From Oceanisphaera marina (GTDB lineage Bacteria > Pseudomonadota > Gammaproteobacteria > Enterobacterales > Aeromonadaceae), in the NCBI RefSeq assembly GCF_014643915.1, contig NZ_BMKE01000002.1, forward strand, positions 132,132 to 196,131: a stretch of 64,000 nucleotides of DNA. Direction: 5' to 3'. A program made the position numbers and the translations under genes. Below are positions 19,475-28,900 of this stretch, one piece after another. The notes under the pieces are model-generated. The model was not told the DNA's origin. It did not search any database and worked only from the letters and a program-made list of their open reading frames with translations. Numbering within the stretch: the first letter of the stretch is position 1; every line of letters starts with the position of its first letter.

Positions 19475-19556
19475 GGGAAATGGGAATGGGGAATGGGGAC
19501 GATGGATGAAAAAAGGGACCGGGAACGCAAGTCCCCGATCCCTAGTCCCTAATCCA
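19475..19556. repeat. Composite G3-heptamer repeat: (GGGAATG)x3 at 19475-19499, then after a spacer CCCCGAT-CCCTAGT-CCCTAAT-CC
   Basis: Direct reading. The architecture is the same as at 303-348. It lies between the glyA stop and the nrdR start. Confidence 0.85.
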
Positions 19557-19564
19557 GATACGTG

Positions 19565-20818
19565 TTAGGCGTAAACTGGGTGACGACGGCAGATATCCTG
19601 TACCTGCTCTTTCACGTTGGCAATGGCGGCTTCATCGTTGATGTCGTTCAGCACATCACAAATCCAGCCGGCCAGCTGGCGTACTTCGGCTTCTTTAAAG
19701 CCACGACGCGTTACCGCAGGGGTACCAATACGAATGCCGGAAGTCACAAACGGCGAGCGTGGATCGTTAGGCACGGCGTTTTTGTTCACGGTAATGAAAG
19801 CACGACCCAGGGCGGCGTCGGCCTCTTTACCGGTAATGCCTTTGTCGATCAGATCCAGCAGGAACAAGTGGTTGTGAGTACCACCAGACACCACCTTGTA
19901 GCCGCGCTTCTGGAACTCGTCAGCCATGGCCTGGGCGTTTTTCACGACCTGACCCTGGTATTCCTTGAACTCTGGCTCCATGGCTTCTTTGAACGCAACG
20001 GCTTTAGCAGCAATCACGTGCATCAGAGGGCCACCCTGACCACCCGGGAAGACGGCCGAATTCAGCTTCTTCTCCAGATCTTCATTGTTGGAGGCAGACA
20101 GGATCAAACCACCGCGTGGGCCGGCCAGTGTTTTATGGGTAGTGGTGGTCACCACATGAGCGTGCTCGATGGGGCTTGGGTAATGACCCGCCGCAATCAG
20201 GCCGGCCACGTGAGCCATATCCACCATGAACCAGGCACCTATCTTGTCGGCGATTTCACGCATACGCGCCCAATCAACGATACCGGAGAAAGCGGAAAAA
20301 CCACCGATGATCATCTTCGGCTTGTGCTCAACCGCCAAACGCTCCATTTCTTCGTAATCGATCACGCCGGCTTCGTTAATGCCGTAAGGGATGATGTTAT
20401 ACATTTTGCCGGAGAAGTTGGCAGGCGAGCCATGAGTCAGGTGACCACCATGAGCCAGGTTCATGCCCATGACGGTGTCGCCTGGCTTGACCAGCGCCAT
20501 AAATACCGCTGAGTTGGCCTGAGAGCCGGAGTGCGGCTGCACGTTGGCATAGGTTGCACCAAACAGCTCTTTGGCACGGTCAATCGCCAGCTGCTCGGCA
20601 ATATCAACGTACTCACAGCCACCATAGAAACGCTTGCCCGGATAACCTTCGGCATATTTATTGGTCAACTGGGAACCCTGGGCCTGCATGACGCGTGGGC
20701 TGGTGTAGTTTTCGGAAGCAATCAGCTCGATGTGCTCTTCCTGACGTTGAGTTTCATCAACGATGGCCTGCCACAGCTGGGGATCATAATCGGCGATATT
20801 CATGTCACGCTTTAACAT
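19565..20818 (-). CDS. glyA: Serine hydroxymethyltransferase
   Basis: Near-identical to enterobacterial GlyA from [16 protein letters not shown]…. The start is trimmed to 20818. Confidence 0.95.
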   Translation of the reverse strand: MLKRDMNIADYDPQLWQAIVDETQRQEEHIELIASENYTSPRVMQAQGSQLTNKYAEGYPGKRFYGGCEYVDIAEQLAIDRAKELFGATYANVQPHSGSQANSAVFMALVKPGDTVMGMNLAHGGHLTHGSPANFSGKMYNIIPYGINEAGVIDYEEMERLAVEHKPKMIIGGFSAFSGIVDWARMREIADKIGAWFMVDMAHVAGLIAAGHYPSPIEHAHVVTTTTHKTLAGPRGGLILSASNNEDLEKKLNSAVFPGGQGGPLMHVIAAKAVAFKEAMEPEFKEYQGQVVKNAQAMADEFQKRGYKVVSGGTHNHLFLLDLIDKGITGKEADAALGRAFITVNKNAVPNDPRSPFVTSGIRIGTPAVTRRGFKEAEVRQLAGWICDVLNDINDEAAIANVKEQVQDICRRHPVYA

Positions 20819-21091
20819 CCGTCTCTCCTGACTCATGGGGGTGTTCACTGAAGTGCCAAGTTTACCCTTTAGGGGCTGTGCGGCCTAGTCCCGACCCCAT
20901 AGTTAACAACACTTATTTATCTTTATGTTGAAAATTTTACAAAAAGTTTAATATATAGCAACATTTAATTCCCTAGTTATTCACTCACATTCGGGGTAGA
21001 TCTGACAGACAAAGCCGATAGAATAGAAACTTTTAGCTGAGCCAACCTGTATTTACAGAAAATCTGGCGCCCCGACCCCGTTGAGGAGTAT

Positions 21092-21712
21092 ATGCAAGAC
21101 TTCACAGTGACCTCGCAACGCCGAGCCGAACTTTATCACTGGTTTACCGCCCTGTTTTCGGCTCCACTGGTCGAAGATGACATTAACGAGTTTGGCGGCT
21201 ATGACATGCATGCCTTTCTAAGCAGTCTGGCCACCCTGGATCCCTTGCGTGAAGCCACCGAAGCCTTTCGGGTGCAAGCCGATCAAGTGTTGCGGCTAAA
21301 GCAGCCACAAGCCGAGCTGAGCGGGCAATATCAGCAGCTGTTTGGTGAACCTTCTTTACTGGACACCTCGGCTTTGGCTGCGCCGGATGAAGAGTCGCTG
21401 TTTTTGATGAGCATATTATTACATCAACACGGCACTCAACTGCAGGATGACGATCCTCTCAATGCCTGTAATCAGCTGGAAATGATGGCCACCCTGGCGC
21501 TGGCTGCCGCCGCTGCCAATGACGAACAACAGTGTATTGCCCTGCTCGACCAGCAACGGGAGCTGGCCAACCAACTGCTGCTTAACTGGTTACCCGCATT
21601 CGTTGCTGCCTGTCAGCAACAGGACTCCCTGGGCTTTTACGCCGCCGCTGCGCAACTATTACTGGCCATGTTCAGCATGGATATTCATTATCTGAACAAT
21701 GTGGCGCAATAA
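21092..21712 (+). CDS. TorD/DmsD-family redox-enzyme maturation chaperone-like protein (orphan)
   Basis: 206 aa. The N-terminus (AELYHWFTALFSAPLVEDDINEF) and C-terminus (LLLNWLPAFVAACQQQDSLGFYAAAAQLLLAMF) align with E. coli TorD. No molybdoenzyme gene is nearby. Confidence 0.7.
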   Translation: MQDFTVTSQRRAELYHWFTALFSAPLVEDDINEFGGYDMHAFLSSLATLDPLREATEAFRVQADQVLRLKQPQAELSGQYQQLFGEPSLLDTSALAAPDEESLFLMSILLHQHGTQLQDDDPLNACNQLEMMATLALAAAAANDEQQCIALLDQQRELANQLLLNWLPAFVAACQQQDSLGFYAAAAQLLLAMFSMDIHYLNNVAQ

Positions 21713-22065
21713 TGGCCCATCACAAGCACGGCAAAGCCAGCCCATCGCCCCAGACTCAAGAAGAGGCTGAACGCGTGGCCAGGGCCACCCAGAAACCGGG
21801 GCAAACCAAAGAACAGACACGACTGATTGCCCAGGGTATTCAAAAGGGCATAGACGAATATAAAAAGCAGCAAAAGGCCCGCGCTCGGGCCGCCGACAAG
21901 GCGAAAAAACAACGCAGCCGCGAACAGGCCCCCCCCCGGACTGACGAGCAGGAAGAGTGGGCGCCAGCACCCCAAGCGATTGGCACATCCTGGTTACCCT
22001 GGGCGTTGCTGGTATCAAGCTGGATTGGTTTTGCCGTTTACTGGTGGCAACAACAACCCGGATAA
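21712..22065 (+). CDS. DUF2956-like small protein with C-terminal TM anchor
   Basis: 117 aa, Lys/Gln-rich (…KPGQTKEQTRLIAQGIQKGIDEYKKQQ…) with one C-terminal TM helix. Its start overlaps the torD-like stop. Confidence 0.6.
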   Translation: MAHHKHGKASPSPQTQEEAERVARATQKPGQTKEQTRLIAQGIQKGIDEYKKQQKARARAADKAKKQRSREQAPPRTDEQEEWAPAPQAIGTSWLPWALLVSSWIGFAVYWWQQQPG

Positions 22066-22074
22066 CCCACAGGA

Positions 22075-23049
22075 GTGCACATGGCCCTTAGCTTACCCGA
22101 ACACTGCCTTACTGCCGAAGGGGTTGAACGACGTCTTGGCGTTGAGCTTGAGCTAAACGGCCTGCCCCTGCCTCGGTTGGCCGGGCTGGTGGCCGAACAA
22201 CTCGGCGGCACTCTGCAACCGCAGTCGGAATACGAAATAGACATAGAAACACCTCTGGGTACCTTTCGCGCCGAGCTGGACTTCGATTATCTGAAACGGC
22301 TGGCGCGAGAACAGCTCAAGCAACCGCCCGGAGAACTCGAATTGGCTGCCACCGAGCTGTTGGGCACCCTGGCCTTTCAACTGGTACCACTCGAACTGAT
22401 CAGCCCGCCACTGCCCTTATCGCAGCTGGTCTGCCTAACACCCTTGTTTGAACGTCTGAGGCTGGCCGGCGCCAAAGGGACCCGCCATGCCCTGCACTAC
22501 GCTTTTGGTTTGCACCTTAATCCCGAGCTGCCAGATACCGATAGTCATACCCTGCTGCGCTACTTCAAGGCTTATTTATGCCTGCACGACTGGCTGGAAG
22601 AGCACGAAGACATAGTGGCTGCGCGCAAGGTGTCGCCCTATATTCGCGCCTTTGGCAAAGAGTACAGCCGCCGGGTTATCGACGTGCATTACTGGCCTGC
22701 CTTGCCCGCCTTTAGTGCCGATTATCTATTGGCCAATCCCAGCCGTAACCGGTCACTCGACTTGCTGCCCTTGTTGGCCTGGCACGATGAGGCGCAAGTA
22801 CAAAGAGCGGTACAGGACGACAAGGTCAACAAACGCCCCACCCTGCACTATCGTCTGCCCAACTCGGATATCGATAACCCCAACTGGTCCCTGGATCATG
22901 CCTGGCGGGGCTGGCTGCAGGTAGAGTCCCTGGCCAACGATGAACACCGGCTGGCCCAGGTATGCCAGCACTACGCCGCGCATCTTGACCAGCTCACGCC
23001 GGACTTCTTAAACCCGTGGAAATACAAGGTCATCCAATGGCTCCGCTAA
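22075..23049 (+). CDS. Putative amidoligase (Amidoligase_2 / glutamine-synthetase-like fold)
   Basis: 324 aa. The similarity is to the uncharacterised amidoligase enzyme family, which is typically paired with C26 gamma-glutamyl hydrolases. Confidence 0.6.
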   Translation: MHMALSLPEHCLTAEGVERRLGVELELNGLPLPRLAGLVAEQLGGTLQPQSEYEIDIETPLGTFRAELDFDYLKRLAREQLKQPPGELELAATELLGTLAFQLVPLELISPPLPLSQLVCLTPLFERLRLAGAKGTRHALHYAFGLHLNPELPDTDSHTLLRYFKAYLCLHDWLEEHEDIVAARKVSPYIRAFGKEYSRRVIDVHYWPALPAFSADYLLANPSRNRSLDLLPLLAWHDEAQVQRAVQDDKVNKRPTLHYRLPNSDIDNPNWSLDHAWRGWLQVESLANDEHRLAQVCQHYAAHLDQLTPDFLNPWKYKVIQWLR

Positions 23050-23726
23050 TTGGCGTCACCGGACCCGACAGCAGACTGCCCTGGGCCTGGTGGGCAACCC
23101 GTCTGGCCATTCGCCTGGCGGGTGGGCGGGCGCTGCGCTTGACCCCCAACAGCTTTCGACCCCACAAGAGAGACAAGCTGCAGGGGCTGATTATTGGCGG
23201 CGGCGACGACATAGATGCCGCCTTATACGGCGAAGACACCGGCCGCGCCCCGGCCGATCCCAGGCGGGATGCCTTTGAAATAGAGCTGATTGAGCACGCT
23301 CTGCAAACCCAACTGCCGTTATTGGGTATTTGCCGCGGTGCCCAGCTGATCAACGTGGTACTCGGGGGATCCTTGCATGCCGATATTCGCCCCCAACGCC
23401 AACACACTTCCAACCGTCGCACCCTGCTACCACGCAAAACCGCCCTGGGCACAGGCGAGGGGCGGTTACATCATATTATGGGCCAGTCACGCTGGCGTAT
23501 TAACAGCCTGCATCATCAGGCGGTCAAACGACTGGGCGCTCAGCTTGAGGTGACTGCACGCGATCTGGACGGCTTTGTACAGGCCATCGAATATCGGGGC
23601 GATCACGCCATTCTGGGAGTACAGTGGCATCCGGAATACCTGCCTTATCTGGCTGGTCAGCGGGAAATTTTTCGCCATTTAGTGGCGCTGGCCAAAGCCA
23701 CCTCTCCCGAGCGACTCTATCCCTGA
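23037..23726 (+). CDS. Class-I glutamine amidotransferase-like / peptidase C26 gamma-glutamyl hydrolase (PuuD-like)
   Basis: The catalytic Cys is in GICRGAQLIN, with the His in the LGVQWHPE context, matching PuuD (GICRGLQ…GVQWHPE). Start chosen at MAPLIGVTG, overlapping the amidoligase by 13 nt. Confidence 0.8.
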   Translation: MAPLIGVTGPDSRLPWAWWATRLAIRLAGGRALRLTPNSFRPHKRDKLQGLIIGGGDDIDAALYGEDTGRAPADPRRDAFEIELIEHALQTQLPLLGICRGAQLINVVLGGSLHADIRPQRQHTSNRRTLLPRKTALGTGEGRLHHIMGQSRWRINSLHHQAVKRLGAQLEVTARDLDGFVQAIEYRGDHAILGVQWHPEYLPYLAGQREIFRHLVALAKATSPERLYP

Positions 23727-24157
23727 TGCTGGATTACCTCATTGTTTTTACCAGCAGCCTGCTGGCGGCCACCATAGCGCCCTTTTACTCGGAAGTGGTG
23801 CTGGCTGCCGTGCTCACCCGCCAGCCCGACGCCGCCCTGTTGTTGTGGTTGCTGGCAAGCATCGGCAATACCCTGGGCGCCATCGTCAACTGGTGGCTCG
23901 GCAAATACCTGCTGCATTATCGCCACAAGCGCTGGTTCCCCATCAAGGAAAAACAATTAGTCAAAGCCCAGGCCGGCTTTCAGCGCTTTGGCGTCTGGAG
24001 CTTGTTGTTGTCCTGGGCGCCCATCGGCGGCGATGCCCTGACCTTTATTGCCGGCATCATGAAGGTACAGCTGCTGCCTTTTACGCTGTTGGTGTTTATT
24101 GGTAAGGCAGCCCGCTACGCCGTGGTGATCTGGCTTGCGGATACGCTGCTGTTGTAA
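23726..24157 (+). CDS. yqaA: YqaA-family (DedA-related) inner-membrane protein
   Basis: Aligns with E. coli YqaA along its length (…NSEVVL…LLSW.P..GD…GKA.RY…). Start at MLDYLIV. Confidence 0.75.
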   Translation: MLDYLIVFTSSLLAATIAPFYSEVVLAAVLTRQPDAALLLWLLASIGNTLGAIVNWWLGKYLLHYRHKRWFPIKEKQLVKAQAGFQRFGVWSLLLSWAPIGGDALTFIAGIMKVQLLPFTLLVFIGKAARYAVVIWLADTLLL

Positions 24158-24193
24158 AAAGGGCCCTGTCGTTGCCGACAAGGCCCTTGGGGA
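24155..24193 (-). terminator. Terminator downstream of telA (a hairpin shared with convergent yqaA)
   Basis: agggccctgtcg-ttgc-cgacaaggccctt stem with TTTTT on the minus strand. Confidence 0.55.
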
Positions 24194-25276
24194 TTAAAAG
24201 GTCTGGCGTAAAGCCTGCTTGAGTTCCTCTTCGGCGCGAGCAATTTCCAGCTCGGCCGCGGCCCGTTGCCGACGCCCGTCACGATAATGCTCCAGGGTGC
24301 TGTTGAGGGTATCTATGGTGATGCGGTTCACTTCTTTCAGGGAGTCCAGATCCAGAATGCCGCGCTGGTAATTACCGGCAATCTCCTGCTCCAGCTGCTG
24401 CAGCTTCTGGGCATTACGTACATATTGCTGATTGGTATAGTCTTTGACGGCTCGCGTCACCTGCAAGGCCTTTTCTTTTTCATAGTTGGAAATTGCAATC
24501 AAGAATTGCCGTTTCCATAACGGAATGGTGTTGTGACAGATATCCTGAATATCTTCCATCAACATCTTGTTGCCTTCTTGGGACAGCCGGATTTGCGGTG
24601 CGGTTTGCAGTGCCGCCAGGCGCACCGCACTCAGATTGGCCAGACGTTTTTCCAGGCGCCCCAGCGCCTGTTGCAAATCACGCAATGCCTGTGCATCTAC
24701 CGGATCGCCGCTTGCCTCGGCCTTGCTCTGCAAGGTGGGCACCTGCTGTTCAAGCAAGGTGTTCAGCTTAAGCTTGCCGGCGGCAATATACACATCCAGT
24801 TGCTGCAGTAGATGCAAATTTTCCTGATACAAGCCATCGAGGCGCTCAATATCCGTGGTCAGTTGGTGCTCATGGGCACGCAACTGCCCCTCCAGGGCAT
24901 CGAGACGATCCTTTACCGAATCAAACCCCTTGATAAAGCTGCCAAAGGTCTGAAACAGTTCGCCAATAAGCGGCAGGCGACTGAGAAAGCTGTCGGGGCG
25001 AATCCGGTCCAACTCACAGCCTTTCATCTGGCCTATCATGGCATCCAGAATGTCTCCGGCTTCGCCCGTATCTCGACTGCGAATATTATCCAGCACCCGA
25101 TCTGAAAAGGCGGTAATGCGCTCCATCGCCTCCTTGCCAAAGGTGATGGTCGCCACTGAATCGAGCGGATCAAGACTGGCGGCAATGCTCTGAACTGCCT
25201 GTTGTTCGTCTGTGTGCAGATCCCCTGGCCGCGTTTCGGCGAGAGCCTGTGTTTGCAAAACGGGTTCATTGGGCAT
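24194..25276 (-). CDS. telA: Toxic anion resistance protein, TelA/KlaA family
   Basis: 360 aa with full-length TelA-family similarity. Start set at the second ATG (MPNEP…), which has AAGGAG six nt upstream. It overlaps the PLD gene stop. Confidence 0.8.
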   Translation of the reverse strand: MPNEPVLQTQALAETRPGDLHTDEQQAVQSIAASLDPLDSVATITFGKEAMERITAFSDRVLDNIRSRDTGEAGDILDAMIGQMKGCELDRIRPDSFLSRLPLIGELFQTFGSFIKGFDSVKDRLDALEGQLRAHEHQLTTDIERLDGLYQENLHLLQQLDVYIAAGKLKLNTLLEQQVPTLQSKAEASGDPVDAQALRDLQQALGRLEKRLANLSAVRLAALQTAPQIRLSQEGNKMLMEDIQDICHNTIPLWKRQFLIAISNYEKEKALQVTRAVKDYTNQQYVRNAQKLQQLEQEIAGNYQRGILDLDSLKEVNRITIDTLNSTLEHYRDGRRQRAAAELEIARAEEELKQALRQTF

Positions 25277-25976
25277 GAAATACTCCTTCATGGTGTAGTT
25301 GCCACAAGCGGTTAAACTCCCCCACGTAGGCTGACACCAGCGGCTCGTTGTCGGTCAGCAACAGGTTTTCCTGGTTGTACTGGCTGGCGCTGCGCGTCCA
25401 GTTAAAGCTGCCATTGAGCAGCCAGCGTCGGTCGAACAGCGCGAACTTGTGGTGCATGTGATAGGGGCTGGTATCGAGCAAGACCTCGACGCCCTTGCGA
25501 CTAAGATAATCCACGTCACTGCCCCTGTCGTTGGCCTTGTCCTGATCGCTCAGCACCCGCACCGCCACCCCCTTGTTGTGGGCCGCCAGCACCGCCTGGG
25601 TAAGGCGATCGTCGGACAAGGTAAATACGCAAATATCCAGTTGCGTTCGGGTCTGCTCAATCAAGCCGATAATGGCCTCTAGACAATCGCGCCCCGGTGA
25701 AAACCAGGCCCCGGATGTGACTGGCTGTACCTGCAGGCGGGCACGATCCAGCGTCTGGATTACCCGCTCCAGCCAGATAACCACCTCGGTGTTTAACTGG
25801 CCGTCTCTGGAGCGTTCGCGCGCCAATTCAAAGGCTTTGTTACGGGCAAAGGACAATAACTCCGGCTGAGAGACCAGACCATCAAACAGCAGCCCCAGAT
25901 CTCGCCGCTCTTCCTTGGAAAGACGGCCATCGGCCAGGGTCAGTCGCAGCTGCATTTCCAGCTCTTGTTGTGTCAT
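25266..25976 (-). CDS. Phospholipase D-family (HKD) protein with an N-terminal TerB-like domain
   Basis: HKD motif HMHHKFALFD…GSFNWT. The N-terminus LTLADGRLSKEERRDLGLLFDGL resembles the TerB ADG motif. Its ATG overlaps the stop of the giant gene (ATGA). Confidence 0.75.
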   Translation of the reverse strand: MTQQELEMQLRLTLADGRLSKEERRDLGLLFDGLVSQPELLSFARNKAFELARERSRDGQLNTEVVIWLERVIQTLDRARLQVQPVTSGAWFSPGRDCLEAIIGLIEQTRTQLDICVFTLSDDRLTQAVLAAHNKGVAVRVLSDQDKANDRGSDVDYLSRKGVEVLLDTSPYHMHHKFALFDRRWLLNGSFNWTRSASQYNQENLLLTDNEPLVSAYVGEFNRLWQLHHEGVFHAQ

Positions 25977-28900
25977 TCGATAGACTCCTTATCCGCCGCG
26001 CCGACGAGGGCGGCTTTATCATCAGTGCCCTGCATCATGGACCAGGCCAGGGTGCGCAGGTGGCTGCCAATGCCCTTCATTTCATCGGCGATCACACCCA
26101 CCTTGTCGACCGGCTGATGCTGTTGGCGATAACGGGCGCAAATGGCGGCCCAGCGGTCGGCCTGCTCGGGTGTCAGAGTCCCGCGCAGCTCGGCCAGCTT
26201 GAGCAGGTTTTCTTCGGTGCCCTGGGTCAGTGTTTGCGCCTCGCCCAGATAGTGATCGTCAAGCAGGCGTTGCAGCTCTTGCTCTGTCATGACCGCCATC
26301 ACTTTTTCCGCCAGCTTGTTCATGTTGCGATAAGAGCCCTGCAACTTGAACGGCGGCTCGGTGCGGTAATCGTCGGCCGAGGCGGCGGACGCGATATATT
26401 GCTGGTTAACCTTGAGCACCACCTGCTGCACTTGCAACAACCGGCTGAGAACGCCGGTGATCTCGCGAGCTTCATGGGCGGAATAGTTGTATTCCAGCTC
26501 ACTGAGTGCAATGTCTTCGCCGCGCGCCATGGCCACCAGCAAGTAAAGGTCCTTGAGATTGCGACTGGCCAGCGGCGCCAGCACCGGGTTGGACGAGAGG
26601 GCATTTTCCACATAAGACAACTCAAAGGCCGCTCGCTGATCAGACAGCATGTCACCCAGGTTATAAATATCGGCGCGGTTGGCCAACATGTCGGGCAGGC
26701 GAAACACTTCTCCCGACTCGGTATAGGGATTGCCCGCCATCACCAGCGCAAAGCGCTTGCCTTTCATGTCATAGGTTTTGGGTTGGCCGCGCCAGACGCC
26801 ATCGATGCGCCGCGTGCCATCACTCAGGGAGATAAATTTCTGCAAAAACTCGGGGTGCGTATGCTGAATATCATCCAGATACAAGAGCACGTTAGCGCCC
26901 ATTTCCAGCCCCAGATTAAGCTTTTCTATCTCGCGGGCAGCGGTGGCATTAGGCGCATCCGCCGGATCCAGCGACACCACCTCGTGTCCCAGCGACGGGC
27001 AGTTGATTTTCATAAACACCATGCCCAGCTTGCCGGCTATGTATTCCACCAGTGTGGTTTTGCCGTAACCGGGAGGCGATATCAACATCAACAGACCCAT
27101 TTGATCGGTTCGACGAGCCGTTCCCATGGCCCCCAGTTGCTTGGCAAAGTTGTCTCCGATCAAGCCCAGATAAGACTCACTGATCAGTTTGTTGCGTACG
27201 AAGCCACTGAGCGGACGCGCCTGAAACTGATCGGGGCGCAACTCGTCTCTGGCTTGCTCGAGCAAAGTCGAGCGCCTCGCCTGAAAGGCATCAAAGGCCG
27301 GTAATACCTGTTGTTGGTGATATTCACCCCGCGTTAAAAAGTCATCCAGGCTGAGTATCAGCTCTCCCCCATCCAACCTCGGATGGTCGGCCAGTAATCC
27401 TTGCACGCGTACCGCCAACGAGAAATCGAGCGGGCGCAACACCAGCTCGCTGTGCTCTTTAAGGCAGGCCAGCGCCGCCGCTTCAACCACGAAGCTGTCG
27501 GGTCTTTGCTGCTGTTCACAAAATGCCTGCAGCCACAGTTGATGCTCGGCACAGCTCTCGACACTGATTGAACTATCACCCTGCCAACCTAAGCTGCGGC
27601 GAAAGGACAGATAATCCGAGGCCAGTTCATCCGCATCCCGGCTGATCAGGATATCGCCATCGATGGCGAGTTGGCGCAACAGATAGTCGGCGGTTTGCCG
27701 GGTATCTATCGCCTCGGCAACGAGCCCGAGTTCCTGTATCGACAACGCCAACTGCTGCTGTAATTGCTCATACAAAGATGACTGCCCAAGATGTTGTTGT
27801 AATTGCAGGGCGTCTTGACCACGGCGACGCCAGTGCTCGCGCTGGATCTTAGGCTGGGCAGATAACCACAAGAGCCCGGTCGCGCGGGCGCGCTGGCCAA
27901 AGCGTAATAATCCCGCCTCTCTATACAAGGGCCAGAGCGCCGTAAGCAGGCACACTGCGTCTTGATCGTGAATGCCCTTTACATAACCATCGCGATAACG
28001 GCTGGCAGCAAAACGCTGTACTAATCCGGTCAATGTGCCTTCTTTGAGCGCCGCTTCCAGCACCTCGGGCGAGAGGTCTTCTTGTCGGCGCTCCACTTGC
28101 TGCAACAGGCAGTAAGCCAGATATTCAGAGCGGCTAAGCTGCGGGCTTTCCGAGGGTAGCGTCAGCTCACCAAACCGGCTCAGGGTTTCCAGCTCGGCAT
28201 CCACCACCGGCTCGTAAAAGTCGGTGCCGGTAAGATGCAGCGCCAGTTGCTGCTGCCTTTGCACCAGGGTCAGGGCCGGCTCTTGAGTGTTGACCGCAAA
28301 CCGATGTCGACCCAGCTTGAGCACGCTGCCCCCCTGCTCAAAGATATCCTGATTATCTCGCAGGGTACTCATTGCCTGTTCTTTCAGGGTCTTTACGCGC
28401 CCGCGTACCGCTTCGGCACGCACGCTGCCGCCCAGTTGCTCCATTTGAGTGGCAAGCTGCGCCAGCTTGTGCACCATGGCATCGGCGGCAAAATAACCGT
28501 TAAGCTCCGCCAACTGGTCGAAACGTCGCACTCGCTTGTCGATGCTGGCCAGCGTAATCTCTGCCGCCTGCGCCAGGTTGTCGAGCCGCTTTTGTCGCGC
28601 CGCAAGCAACTGTTGTTTGCGCGATTCCAGACTGGACTGTATCTCGTCACGTTTGTGATAGATGTCAGCCAGAAACTGATCGAATTCGGCAAAACGGCTT
28701 TCCAGTTTTTCAATCATGCCCATCAGTCGCGCCTGCTGTTCGTCGCAGCTTTCTGGACTGTCGGCCTGCCCCAGTGCCGACGTGACCGCCTGGGTCAACA
28801 ACTTGAGCTGAGCCTCAAACTCGGCCTCTGCCTCGCCTTGACGCAGTTGCTGATGACGCTGGCGCAATCGAGCCAGACAGGCATTGAGCCGCGCCACCAC

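Noticed and set aside
17068-19565. FMN riboswitch (RFN element) associated with the rib genes
   Set aside because: ribBA follows ribE after only 25 nt, and no sequence in the nrdR/ribD upstream region resembles the RFN core. In gammaproteobacteria the RFN element usually precedes a separate ribB, which is not in this window.
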